Notes: generated by a model not told the origin, from the sequence alone. A stretch of 64,000 bases of DNA from Raillietiella orientalis (GCA_036172245.1 JAYWIR010000013.1:248001-312000); one strand, 5' to 3'; counted from the stretch's first letter, positions 1 through 13,089 are shown. Program-made: numbers and translations.

Positions 1-38
1 TCAGTTGTTCTGTGTTTACTAACCGTTTCCTTATCCAG

Positions 39-141
39 GAGAAGGATTTTCATGCCAGTGCCACATTCTTTTAGCATACGGCTGATATACAACTTTATAG
101 CAGCTACTACATTCATCAGGATGTCCACTGTAACAAATAAA
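39..141 (+). other. Probable terminal exon of an unidentified upstream + strand gene (possible C-terminus xEGFSCQCHILLAYG*, stop 83-85)
   Basis: TACTAAC branch point at 17-23, pyrimidine tract and CAG acceptor at 36-38, stops at 72-74 or 83-85 depending on phase, AATAAA at 136-141. Product not recognised. Confidence 0.45.
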
Positions 142-252
142 ATTTTGAGCATATACAGAAAAATCATGCTTGTTCCCAGCCACCCAAATTCAAGAATTAT
201 ATTGACAGCAAGATGAACTGGTGACAGTTTCTTCTAGCAGCATGGATCAATG

Positions 253-451
253 CTAGGAGAAAAACTCCTGCTCATGGCGCACATGGATATTCACAATGTA
301 TTCAAAGTTAGTACGTTGCACACTTATCACAAAAGGATCACTGGGGTGGAACATAAAGGCTACAACCTTGCGCACAGCAGAGGGAGGGTTTTGCCCAATT
401 ATACCAGGATAAATTTTGAACTTTAACAGTCCTGTCTGCCTGGAATAGAAA
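253..451 (-). CDS. DET1: DET1 (de-etiolated 1 homolog, CRL4/COP1 ubiquitin ligase adaptor), coding exon 3 (last)
   Basis: FYSRQTGLLKFKIYPG...VAFMFHPSDPFVISVQRTNFEYIVNIHVRH matches the DET1 C-terminus; TTCTCAG acceptor ending at 452; TAG stop at 255-253. Confidence 0.93.
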
Positions 452-490
452 CTGAGAAGCAAAACTTATTGTTTAGATAGTAACTTCTAC

Positions 491-697
491 CGGATGGGGT
501 AATCTCCACAGACTTTAGGTCTCTCCATGACTGATACCCACTTATCATCATAACTGAACAATGACAAATCCAGATATGGAGAAGTACAATAAGACTGAGA
601 ATTAATAGGTAACTGTGCCAGTATGCGTTTGTTAGCTTCTGTGGGTCCACCAAACTTTGCACTGATGATTGTTTGTTTGAAGCGTAAGTGATGCAAC
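491..697 (-). CDS. DET1: DET1 coding exon 2
   Basis: [44 protein letters not shown] is the hallmark DET1 motif; TAG acceptor ending at 698, GT donor at 490-489; phases fit both neighbours. Confidence 0.95.
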
Positions 698-738
698 CTA
701 ACAAAAAGAACTTTGTCTCACATAAGCAGGAATCTTAC

Positions 739-2000
739 TTTGCATGAATGTTATTTGAAGGAGAACTTGTGAATTGCATCTCCCAGCCGATCCGAGAATT
801 CCGGAAAAATTCACAATATTTTTCACAGAGCTGCACCAGTTCTTCTGATGTATTCTCATACACTGCAATGATTCGTGTTGTCTTCATGTTATACACAGCA
901 AAAAATAAAGGTTGTGAATTTGGTTCAGAAGCTCGGAAAGCTACCACTTCCTTACTGGCATATTTTACTAGTAAGTGGTCTTCATCAAGAAGCTGCATTT
1001 TCCACATGCGTAAAGCACGCAAGTGGTCAAAGTATTGGTAAAATTTGCGCAATTCATATGGAGAGCCAGTTTGTTTGGTGATTTCTAATGCTCTCAGAAA
1101 AAGAAATACCAGAAATCGGTGCTTCAAAGAATTAATAGATGTATCAAGGTAGGGAACCACCGACCACACTGGGCCAGCACTTTCATCTCCAACAGAAAAA
1201 AGATAAAGTTCATCATCATTATAGCAAAAACGGCCAATTGTTCGCAAATGCACAAACTGACCACTTTCTGACACTTGAAACACATGAATAAATTGATGTT
1301 GGACAGACAACACAGCAAGAATATTCTTATATAAATATAAACCCTGATTGTGTGACAAAAAGATCTTGTCAGCATTGAGCAATTTTCTATCAGTAACAAC
1401 TCCCTCTTCCATATTTATGATGTATAAAGTATAATCTTCTAAAGGAATGCGTGAATTTGGTTCCAGGGCTTCATTGTTTTTGCCAACATGATAAAAAGGT
1501 GGGTGAGGATCTTCCACATAAACAGCTGAACCAACTATGACATATTTGTTATCATCAGTAAACAAACTACATTCACGATTCAAGTGTTCACCATTAGATG
1601 TTACAATTACAGAATGTTTCAATTTGAAAAATGTTGTGAAAATTTTATTCCTAATGCTCTTTGCCTTAACACTATTTCCTGAAACACTGATATAGTCACC
1701 ACAGCAATCTTCTAGCAAATCAGCAGCAGCTGCAGATCCCCTGTACAGATATATTTCCACAGAAGTTTGATCCTGTGAGAATGCCAGGAAGTATTTTCCA
1801 TCAAGACTAAACTTCCGTGGATAACAAGGAGGTTTTTCTACAGATGTAATCGTAAAGTTTGGGTAAATGTTTTGGTATAAATTTCTAATACAATAAATAT
1901 ATGTATTGGGTTTGTGAAGCACACTGATTTCTCTTTTTTGAAGTTTAATCACAATATTCAGTTTGGGCATAGATTTGGGGATTAAAAATTCACTCATCAT
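739..2000 (-). CDS. DET1: DET1 coding exon 1
   Basis: PNFTITSVEKPPCYPRKFSLDGKYFLAFS, LSHNQGLYLYKNILAVLSVQHQ and LRMWKMQLLDEDHLLVKYAS match DET1; GTAAGA donor starting at 738. Joined exons are 1668 nt (555 aa). Confidence 0.95.
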
Positions 2001-3569
2001 GTGGTTTCCATATACCTTGTTTTATGGCATACTTTGTGTACTAGTGAACAATAGCTAAAAGGTTTAAAAGCAGAATAAAGCACGTTTAAAGTTATTTCAC
2101 ATATTGTCATCACTACTTTAGACAGTCTGTTTCACAGTTGCAAAAATTTCATATGCTACAATACACATGATTATGATCGCTCATCAATTACACACAACAT
2201 TCTCTGAAAGTGTATGAAAAACGTACGGTTTCCACTACGGTGTCAGTTCTACAACAGTATTTTACTCTAATCCTAAGAAAGCACCTGTTGATATTTTGCA
2301 CTTTCCAGTAATTGTTTCTTGATTCACATAATGGCAAGTAAAACATATCTTTGCAGGAAACGTGCACAATTTTAAGCAGTATTAGTGTAACTCAAGGTAA
2401 GATTCACTTATACTCGGGTGCTCTGAAGAAAATGACTAAGAATGCACAAACGATCGTAACTACGGCTATTCAATGCTGTTTCACTACATACCTTTCTACA
2501 ATTCTTAATTCTTTTGAGAGTTGTAAAGACGGATTTCTGAACGAACGCTAACCAGATCCAGGTTCCTCATTTTGAAATGGAAATTTGACATTTGTAACTA
2601 CTTCGAAATGTAACTTTGCAGAGCATGGATTAGGAAACAAATTATTTTCAGGAATTAGTGTCTCCACCCAAACTTCCACTTGAAATTCACATATGTGTAT
2701 GTTCCTTTTTTCCAAATTCTGATCCGTGAACTCTACTTTTTCGTTTTTGCATTCCTTCAGCAATGTTTAACAGATAAGAGCACCTTGGGGTAAATGGGAA
2801 ACTAAAATACTACAAAATACTGTTATGCCTCCGTATTAAATAGTTAATGATACATTACTTCAAAATTTTTTACGTCAAAAATCATCCTCTTTCTTTTTTC
2901 TTTTCTTTTCTTTTAGCTTCCTAGGCTGGACGGTACCAACTCTGTAAAACCGGAATACAGCATTTATAATTGCTTAGCAGAGAGCACACAAAGTTTCTAT
3001 AAAACAAGTTCGACTAGAACTTGTAACAGATGCGTTTTTAAGCATTTTCGATTCATTGGATTTTTATGCTCTTTTTCATATGAAGTTGTGATTCACTATA
3101 ATTGAAGCTGATGCTTTCCTGTACTTTGTCTTTTGCTGAGATTACCGAGGTCATTGTTCATTCAATGAGGACTTAATACCAAAGTTTTCACACGTTGATG
3201 AGGAAAGAAATCAAAATTTGTCACCTTTATTTAGACTGATTTCCTCCATAAGGCTATTTTACTCAGAAAATGACTGCGTATCAATAATGTGATTTTTATG
3301 AAACATGAAATTTGGTGCTAGAACTTCTTTGCAAGATTAAAAAGATGCAGTCACTGCAAATCCTTATGCTTTTGTTGTTAATTACATAAAATATGAATAG
3401 TAACGAAAAAATAAGAGTGGCCATTAGTTTATGCTATTCACTTTAGAGGCACTCTATGAAAATTTCTATACCTTAATTATAAGATCAGTTATGTATCGTC
3501 ATGTTTTCAAAATGAGTCGGTAATTGCTTAGTGAAATACTTTCATCACAGTTACTTGTCTAGCACCAAA

Positions 3570-3800
3570 CTTTATCGATATGTAACTTACTGTAACTCGT
3601 TGGGGTATTAGAGTAGGAGTTGTTATTAGTTATCAGTGTGGAGTATGATTCGATTTCAGCGAAAACATTATTAGAACAAAGCATTTTTGGGAATGGCTCT
3701 TCATGTCTTGAGATCAAAAATCTCAGTATTAGGATTCAAAACTAACTGCGATAATGCTTTGTGTATCGTTATTATAGGATTGCTAAAAAAAATCGAAATC
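3570..3800 (-). promoter_or_regulatory. Candidate DET1 promoter and non-coding first exon
   Basis: Palindromic DRE motif TATCGATA at 3573-3580, minus-strand CA|GTAAGT donor starting at 3590, partial CGATA-like motifs and a local rise in CpG. Confidence 0.4.
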
Positions 3801-5789
3801 AGATGTTGTATTAATGCAATGAAATGCTACAAAAATTGGAATCTGTTGTGAATTTTGGTAACACTACTTTGAGAAAAGTGTGTGATGCTATACTGATGTA
3901 AGAAAAGTAATTATCGGCCAATTTCTTAATGCAAATGATGCAAGCGATGAGGGCTTTTAAAATGAAATAATAGCTGACAAACGTTTTTTTTTTTCTTTGC
4001 GGAGCACTCGCCGAAAATATTAAAAGTAGAATGGCAATAAGAAAAAAAAAAGCAGGAAGGAAGAAGTTGGTATTAAGCAATAAATGACATTTTGTGTGAG
4101 CTATATGGACCAGTGAATATTTCATGAACATCACTCTAATTAAGATCAATATTGTAATAGGCCCTTTTTCATTCAATTTATCAGTGCTTAGATAATAACT
4201 AAGTTCTCTTTTTCCTTGCTAATTCCACGAAGGCGAATACCTGAATTTATCAAACCAAGTTATCGCAGCTTGTTTCGTTCTCACTTTATCCATCCATTCA
4301 ACTGGCATATGTGTTACACCGTGTTGACGATAGCATGTTTCGAGTGTTTCGAGATGAAGAAGCAATCTGTTAGTGAATGGCACCCTTCCATCCATTACCT
4401 CCTTTCATAATGACACGCGAAACGGATTCTTCACTTTCGGAGCACTTTTTTACCATTCGAGGTTGCTCCAGGTCCTCACATGCAGATGTTGCCCCTTACT
4501 CTCTTTGGTAGGTTGCTTGTTGCATTCTCCTTTGTCATGCACCTACGCTGAAAGCCGAGTGTCATTTTTTTATTTCCCTGTTTTTGCCTTTCCTTCAGCA
4601 GTGGCGAAGATGAATATGACGGGAGGCAGGTGGAGAGAAGGAACATACGTACTGCTCTGCAAAATTAAACGCCATTCTTGTTTTTCTCTTCAACCACAGA
4701 ATCCGTTTCGCTTCCATCGGTACAAGTGTTGTTGTTGCCTGCATCCAAAATCTTCATTTGCATCCTTATCTGCGAAAACAGTGAAAGCTTTGCACTTTCG
4801 TTTCAGGCATACCTTCATGCATACGCCGGGCTGCTCAAGGATACAATCAATGGAATCTCTTAGCTTATCGAAAATGCACTCACTTTAGAGTTGAAGCTCA
4901 CCTTCTCACCAACCCCTTGGTCCAACATTTCAGAAGGTATCGACAAAGACCAAAGGCATAACGAGTTTGCATATATTTTGCATTCCCCTGTCCACGAAAC
5001 CTCAATTTTAATTTTTTCTTTCTGATTCCCGGAACTGTTCGTTGGGAATTTCTTCCCACCCGTTCTTCGCTGTGCAGGTCTTGCAAAGCAAATTCCTCTT
5101 TCGCAACCAGCATTTATCATAGAATCAAGCAAATGACAAGTATCTTGAGGCAAATAGATGAACCCAGCGTACAGCACATCATATGGACAGTTACACGAGT
5201 GAGTACATTTAACAAAGGATGGAAGTGCTGTGAAATAGAAATGAGGACTGTAGCAACACATGCAGTTGGAATGATGGACTTGTAGGGGTGTCAGCTGTCA
5301 CTCAAAAGTATCCGAAATCGAGCAGCTGCAAAATCCTTTTCACAGGAAGCGCCTTTTGGTTTTTTCCACTGCGAAGCAGAAAGGAAATGGAAACGGAAAT
5401 TCTCGCTGCCACCGGAAACCGATAGTGTCCTGTAAGATGATAGGGCGCTTGTGATCTACAGAGACAGATTGCAGTACCATTATACATCATCACACGAAAA
5501 TCATCCAGGTGCCTGCACAGAATCTGCTCTCTAAAATTAATCTTAACGAGAATCCAAGAAATTGGTCTGCCGCTTCCTGACTAAAAGCAGAAATGCAAAG
5601 AGGGAGGGGGGAAAACTTGGATTCCTTGAATTGTAAAGCTGCAAGCGCGGAACTCGGCGGTAAAATTTTCCTCTTAAAGAAGCAACGAGATGGAAAAGAG
5701 AGAGGCAATGAGCAAATGTCGTGTTAGGGCGTTTCTCTGAGCCTTTATAGCGCGCGTGTCGTGTTATGAAAGCGCAGAGAAATGCTCAT

Positions 5790-6800
5790 ACCAGTATCGG
5801 AGCACTTCTGCGCGTCGTTTTAAAATGCTGGTCGCTTCGCTGCTCCAAGAGCTGCCATTGCTACTGAAGAGGCTAGTCGAGGAACAGGCAACAGGATCAG
5901 TGGAGAGTGCACCGACATTTGACATGGAAAGATGAAATGCGGCAACTGGGCTGGGAAGGCCAGCCTGAGTGCAGGTTGTCGTGCAAAAAGAATGGCCACA
6001 AACAAACACGGGGGTATTCGAGCTCGCTTGGTCATGTGAAGCCTTCCTGCGTCATCATCATCAGATGTGAATCTGGGACCTGGAATGCTCGAGGCACCAG
6101 CTATTCGTTCGCGGTAGGCGGGTGGTCACGTCCCTGCGGTTCGTCGGCCTGCGCTCCAGCTGAAAAGGGACCAAGGGATATCCCCAAGAGGAATAAAGAT
6201 CGCCTCGGGACCAGGATGGTGACACAGGGTAGTTCGATAGAGAACCTCTGTGAGCGGGGCAGCCGCCTCCCTGGCTGTCTTACTCTCCTGGTCCAGCGCA
6301 TCGGTCGAATCGCTGCTCAGAGGGGAGAGGTCGTCGTCGGTCGATTCGGCACGCCGTGGCGCTGTGGGATGTGCGAGAGAAGCGTGGCTAAGATTGGGAG
6401 TTCCTGAGGCGGCGCAAAAAATGCTGAGGCGCCTTCTTCCTCCCTTCTCAGGAGCCATCTAGAGCATCTGATGCGTCAGCGTGCGGCAGCTGCGGCGTGG
6501 GTATGGAAATTCTATCGATTTGCAGCTGGAGTGGCACTCCCTTCAAGGCATCTGAGACGGGACACAGCTGCTGCTAGAGAAGTCAGGAGGTCTCACAAAG
6601 AGGTGAAGGAATTCCCACACACCTTTTCGAGAGATGTAAATGCTTGGAGACACCCATCTCGTGGATGAGCATCAGAACGCAGGAAAGGAAAGGCTCGACA
6701 TTTCATGGATGAGAGACGAGGTCTCCGGGAAGAACCAGAGAAAGACAGGTTGGTGGAGATTTGATCTGGACCCTCCTGCATCACGCTCCCCATGAGTCAC
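5790..6800 (+). mobile_element. Possible highly decayed LINE (ORF1 zinc-knuckle-like and APE endonuclease-like fragments)
   Basis: Fragments KMKCGNWAG..SAGCR (like KCxNCxGxH...CP) near 5930-5980 and RDVNAWRHPSRG (like GDFNAxHxxWG) at about 6630-6665, in ORF1-to-ORF2 order; heavily disrupted. Confidence 0.3.
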
Positions 6801-7649
6801 TCGGAAGCTTTGCAGGTACGCAATCTCTTGTTTCAGTTTTTAGGGAGAAAGTCGTAAGAGTGAATGAACCTTCACGAGTGGAATCTCATAGAAGGGCTTC
6901 GGCTGCTGCTGTCTTGTGCCGACCAAACCACGTGACAAAAGAGGATACAGACAAGGGACAATTTGTACTGTCAACCCCGTGACATGTACAGATTTCCGGA
7001 CGGTTTCTGACTACCTTAAGAATGTGGCTCAGTGTGTTTCCACGGGAACGCATCGATCCCTTGCAGGCTGCTTCGGATCGTTTGTTTTTTTCTCATTCTA
7101 TTAGCTAAATTTTCGTAGCACCCCGAGGTTCCTTCGATTCCACTGAAGTTTTCTTTGCGACCCCGACCCCTTGACCAATATTTGCTCTGGGTTAATCCCA
7201 AGCAGCCCTTTCCCTCCTTCCAAGCGCAACCACAGTGCCTTCCAGGATATGCTAGTTTCTCCATTTATCATGTGTGCAAAACACTAAGGTGCCCAAGAGG
7301 ATGCGGCGGCAAGCCGTTCCGTTCCCGTAAACAGCCCGTTCTGTTTGTTCTTTAGAACGTTCTCTCCGGGCTGTTGCCTCCTTCCTTTTCTTCGGCGTTC
7401 CTGCTCGCCCTGCTTTCTTGAGCTCGCTTTTCCTCATTCGCATTCTGCCTTTTTCGGCTTTCAAGTCCCGAAGTGTTTTGTGACTTCCAGCACCGTTCGA
7501 TGAGCTTTTATTTTGTGATTCATGACTGATGATCCGGAAACAGCTGGAAATGACTGGTCTTCATTTCGAAAGGTTTGTAACGACCACTCGCGCGGTTTTC
7601 CTGGAAACATCGGATCCACGCACCCGAAACCTGTCCCCTTGGCGGCTCA

Positions 7650-8460
7650 AAGGTGACCTGGACGCATTCCCCAAACGGTTGCTTCCAGCTGGATCTTGAA
7701 GGATTCTTGGAGTTTGCTCCCCTTCTGTCGCGGGTCGACCCGGTATTGCAGTACTTCCGGGATCGACCCACTACTTCCTATAATCCTCTTCAGAATCCTC
7801 TGCAGAGCACGCCTCTCTCACTTGGAAGTGTGGATGTCGCTTTCGCCTCACTCTATCGTTGTGCAGAGTGAGGTGAAAGCGAAACCTTCCCGCATCTCTT
7901 AATAGACTCTGTCGCCCTCCGTGAACTTTTCGATCGACTCTCCTCGATCCTGAATATTCCAGTAGCCGACCCTAAAGGCATTTTACGGCGCTTCAGACGT
8001 GATGCCCTGCCCCCCGCCGCGTCTCTAGCAGTTATCTGCTGTGTTCGCGGAATCGTGGCAAGGTGGAACGCCAAAAGAAGAAGGCAAAACAGTAGGGACG
8101 CCATGCACCGGACACCGATCTTTCTGGAGTCCGCGTCAAGATGGCCCCACCGGAATAATTCAAGAGCAGCACTTGTCAGCATCCTGAACAGGATGCAGAA
8201 GACCAATCCAGGCAAGCAGTGATCCATCCCCTGCCCTCCTCTCCCCCTAAAAAACATTAGCTTCCCCTTTGCAATTCTTTTTGCTTATTTTTGCTTTGTT
8301 TTTCCCTTCCCCTTCGCCGTTGGAGAGGACCTCACCGGTCTGCGTACCGGTTTATGGCAAGTCTCCCGAGCGTGATAGAACCAAGTGTTCTACCACTTAA
8401 AGAACATTGACGAATTTATTATATAATTTTTTGTAAAAAAAAATTTAATAATAAATGCCT
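7650..8460 (+). mobile_element. Decayed 3' end of a non-LTR retrotransposon (ORF2 CCHC knuckle plus 3'UTR)
   Basis: One frame reads C-A-E-*-G-E-S-E-T-F-P-H-L-L-I-D-S (7860-7910), i.e. CX2CX7HX4C with two Cys mutated, and stays open to TGA at 8220-8222; then a pyrimidine-rich tail and AATAAA at 8450-8455. Confidence 0.6.
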
Positions 8461-9969
8461 CGGTATATCGGGGTGACAAACTTCCCATAACGGGAGGACC
8501 GAAAGGCAAATGCAAAGCAAGATCCACGTTTCTCACTCCTTCGGGAGAGGAGTTGTCCACTTTGTGGACGGAGACAATCTCTCCAAGCCTCGTGTCCACT
8601 TCCAAACTAGTAGCTGAATGCGCTGTCCGCGAAATGGGTGCTGTGTGAGATAGGAAACTGGTAGGAAACGATTTCTACTTCGTGATTTCGTTTCGTTGCA
8701 TGGTAACATACCATCAGTCAGGTGGCTCCCCCTTATACGATATTTTTTTTTCAATGGTACGGGCATGTATCAGCAAAAGCCCCGCGATTCCTCGCACGTC
8801 GGCAGAGGACGCCGCACGTGTTGGTGCGTTCTGCGAACCGTTGCTGAGGGTGAGGATTCGGATGCTGGGTACGTCCTTTCGAGCATGGTTCGGGTGAAAC
8901 AGGAGTGTCAATTCCGCGTCCGGATGAAGACGACCATGTCTAGCGGAAGCTCCGGGCCGTCTCCTCCTATGAATCAAAGGAACGGAATTGTTATCCAGTG
9001 CGAGTTCTTTCGTAAAGGGACGCAGAAAGCTCTTTGGGGTAGAGAGAAATAGCCACCGATCCTCCACAACGAACGTGTGGTACTCAGAGGATGGGGCGGC
9101 GGGTTCAGATAGCACCGAGCGGCCTTCCTCAGCTCCGAACAACCCACTCATCGCTTGTGTTCACTCGCACATTTTCGAGCGCTCCGGATTACAGGAGACG
9201 AAAGTGGGAGGTGTGTGTGTGGAGGGAGCTCTTGAGAAGAAAACGAGATGCGTGCCCACAGGCGGCAGCTGCTCCTCCATCTGCCTGGAGGACCCTTACA
9301 ACCGATACACCCACAACTCAAAGTATTCTCTCCTGGGGCGAGGCTACGCATGTCAGCGTAGGTCAGAGTGATGGTGGAGCAGAAAACCTTTGCTCCTGCA
9401 TCGGCCTGTCACTCAGCGGACCGTTGCAGAGCCTGGGATCCCGCCTTGGGGTCGTTAGTACGAGCTGCGAGGAAATGCAGCTCGTTCTAACGATTCCAGC
9501 TTCCCGAATTTCGTTAAGTGCATCCGGGCAGAGGCGTTCCTCTGGTTTGCCAGCGTTGTTTAGCGGGTATCCAGCCTGTGGGTCCAATGTCCGATACATC
9601 TCACGACTACTACGAATACACGAGGTGGCCATGAAGTGCTTCGCTTTTTCGGCACATCGTGATGGCACTCCCAATTCTCGCAGAACGCCATCGTTCATGG
9701 GGTCCCGGCCACCACGCAAGACTACCATTAGGGCTGGACCTTGGCCTTCTTGTCAACTGTTGGGCAAAGGTTCGGCGTACGGTCTGCATCTGCTCGTGAA
9801 GCCATCTTCACTGTGTTTCACCAGGAACCACCGAGACACTCCGGGAAGTGCGAGTGATCCGCAGCCACAAACATCCACGACGCTGCCTGCGCCCACCGGG
9901 GTCGCTGCTGATGCAGGGCAGCGACGGCGCAGTTTCTGCGGACGTTCCTCGCCGAAGAATTCTAGCAGG

Positions 9970-10190
9970 AATGCGTGCAAACAAGAAAATGTAAACAAAG
10001 AATGCGTGTAAACACGCATATAAGAATAAACACGTGCAAGATGCCCGAGGATGAGAGCACGTGAAGGGGGCACGCAGACAAGAATATGAGGAAGAACGCG
10101 CAAACGCGTATGCAGTAAAAATGCGTATAACCGGAGTGTATGAAAGGCACAAGACAAGCACGCATGGAAATAGGGATACACGCAAAGACG
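9970..10190. repeat. Degenerate A-rich low-complexity repeat (ACACG/ATGCG/AAGAAT units)
   Basis: Recurring aaacacg, atgcgt and aagaat words with strong A skew against GC-rich flanks. Confidence 0.4.
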
Positions 10191-10592
10191 CCTCCGTTCT
10201 GTGGAATTTCATTTTTTTTTCTTCCCCTCCCCCCCATCCTCCCCGGAAGTGTACACGGAGGTACTTTTTTCGTGATTGCGGGTTGGGGTCGGAGGTGCTT
10301 CCGCAAGCATACAGTCAGTGCCGCAACAGCTGTACTCACGTGTGCACAGGCCCTCCCGTAGCGCCGGATGCGACATCTATTTGCATTTCGTCAGCAGGAG
10401 CGGCTGAAGGGGGCGCCTCCTTCCTTCCTGGCCCCGAAGCTTTGGCTGCCTCCGACGGGCACGCCCCTCGGCGGCGGCAGCATCGTGCTCTTGCACCGCG
10501 CGCTCACAGGCGTCGCTCGCGTCGCGGACTTGCGACGACCCCTGCGGCGGCTTAGCAACGCCCGCCTTGCTCTGCGGTCCGCTCGAAGTTTT

Positions 10593-10613
10593 GCCGCCGC
10601 CGCCGCCGCCGCC
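10593..10613. repeat. (GCC)7 microsatellite in a CpG-rich block
   Basis: Read directly from sequence. Confidence 0.85.
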
Positions 10614-13089
10614 TGTCTCCAGGGTTCGCTCCTGCTCTGCTCCCCCTCCCCCGCGTTTTCGGAAGGATGGACTCGGAGAGCTTGCGACACGCCCGGAAGT
10701 GGCCCGAATGCCCGTCCTCGCTCTGACGGCTTCTTCCCTCCCGGATCGAATGGTGGAAGTCTCGACCGACTGGTGCTCCGGGACGCACGTGGGCCGACCC
10801 TGCTTCCGAAGCGATAGGCAGAGAAAAAGGGAGGATAGGGGTCGGGGTGGAGGGGGGATCCCAATTGCCGGTCGGTGGGTGGCGGAATCCGGAGGCTGCG
10901 AAGAGCGGTCCTCCCACAGGTCATTGAAGGGAGGAGGAGAAGAAGAAAGAGAGACAGGAACATTTGGGCCGTCGCTTCCCTCTGCTGCAGAAGGAAAGGT
11001 CCCGGAGGCTGTCGTGGCGGCAATCCCGACGGCGGTACTCGACCCGACAGAGAGGAGGGGGAAGGCGGTGGTCTGGCTTCCGTCTAGGGGGAGTGAAGCC
11101 GAGGTGAGGGATCTCTGCCGGAAGTTCCCCTATGCCCCTGTAAGCGACTTCCGACCGCACTTCTGTGATTCATTAACGCCGGATCTGGCGCTTGCTCTAC
11201 GATGTGAATGAGACACCTGCTTGACGCGCGTACCGAGCGCCCGCTCTACCCCCCCTTCCTCCCCTTTCCTTGCGCAACGGATGGTTCCCGCGGGCGGGCG
11301 CGGGATCGCGTATGGAGTGTTTGCCCCGCGTTTCCTAGGCACCTCCGTCAGATCACTGCTATCCAGAATGCCGCCATCGCGTTAACCCGAACTTGAGGAT
11401 CAGTCACCATGACGAACCACTGGGACAGCCCTCCTTCTCCTCAGGGAGGATGGGGGGGGGGGGGACGGTGCACTCTCACGAAGTCAGCTGGTGAGAGCCG
11501 TCTCCGCGGTTCTGGTTGAAAGGCGCTCTTGGCAGCTGGCGAGGATACGGCGATGCTCAAGACAGGGGAACGCGCCGCCGTCAGAGGAACCCCTCGACGA
11601 TGATGACAAGCCCGCGGGAACTCCAGATTGGGGTTTGTGACAGCCGCACTGGAGAGAAGAGACGCCGAGGAGGGCGCGATTCTTGCGGCAGCTCCCGGTG
11701 GCAGCACGCGGAATTGTCCGCTGCAAGAGAGGAGGAGGGAACCACCGCGACGATGCTCATTTGCTGGTGGTCCTTGGAAGGGACGCTCTGGGGGTAGGCT
11801 GGAGAGCTGGCAAGGAATCCTATGCCGCCCGTCTTCACGAGAACGAAATCCGAGGCACAGGTGGTTCGGAAGAATCAAAGCGAAGCGGAATTGGGGGAAA
11901 GAGGCGCAGTCACTCCCGGGAAAGGCAGCCCTCTCGATCCTGGAGTCCACGTCTTGCTCATGGAGAGCAAGAAAGGAAAAAGAGTTTCCCTCCCTGCAGT
12001 GTCGCACCGGTAGCGGCAGCTAGACAGCTGCCACGATCGCTCCGGCGAAAACGCCCTGCCTCATGTGCCGGAAGCTGCCCTCTGGAGCAACGCCGCAGGG
12101 TCTCTTCGGCAGTTCGTGAGGCGTTTCGAATCTCCACGGGACACACGATGTCTCTCCCAACCGTCCACTAACGAGGAAGACGGACCTCAAGCTCAGGCGT
12201 CCTCATGGGTAGGGGTGAATGGATGAGGTTCTCTGTTTCATCCCTCTTCGAATGCAGCAGAGAGCAGTCCCGGAACCTGAGGGCGCGGGGAAGGAATCTT
12301 CCCTCATTCCTACCTTTTTTTCTCTCTCAACCTCCTTCGTCCTGTTTGGTGTCCGGATCGGCCAGCAGGAACCGATCTACGACGGTTTGCACCTTCGGGG
12401 CACGAGAGCAAGCCAGTGGAGGCTCTCGTTTCTCCGGAAGGACTGAGAGTTTTCCTGGAGGGAAGGGGATGCCGAGGGGAGGGAGAAGAAGCGAGCGAAG
12501 GCGCGGAGGTCGCACGGGACCAGCGGTGAGCGAGTGGTGCCTTAGACGATCTGAGACACACTCGCAGAGGATGGTCTGCGAGGCGTAGCTGCAGAGGATT
12601 CTCTCTCGGTCTCAGAAAGATCTTAATCTCTCGCCTTGATCGCCACCTGGCCAGCAGGAGGCAGGCAACCTGTGTTTCCAAGAGGCTGATAGTTTCTGAA
12701 ACGGAAAGAACCTTCAGCAGCTCACCGGAACCTCCATTCTTTCCTCCCCTCCCTCCCCCATCTGTCGTGTTCGAAAACTGCAAGGACTCCTGACTAGACT
12801 TGAAAGCCAAGACTAGGAGAGAGACGTCGGAGGGGGAAATTCGCGTAAACGCCTCGGGAAGAAGACGGAGCTTCTGGAGAGTTCTTGAAGGTTAGAGCGT
12901 GTCTAAGATCGTTGTGCATGAGGGACAGAGAGCCATCCCATAGGTCGCGGTCTCGGAGGATGTCGGGGATAGCCCACATGTGAGCAGGGATTTACTGTGT
13001 ACGGACACTTCCATGTTTCCGCCTCGTTGGAGCTGTTCAGGACGTTCTGCTGTTTCTGCACTGGGAACTCCGGTACGACCGATGCAGAC

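Noticed and set aside
7860..7871. C-x-x-TGA in an otherwise open frame, as a selenoprotein CxxU motif
   Set aside because: Context fits a LINE CX2CX7HX4C knuckle with a second Cys also mutated, and no SECIS-like element is apparent downstream.
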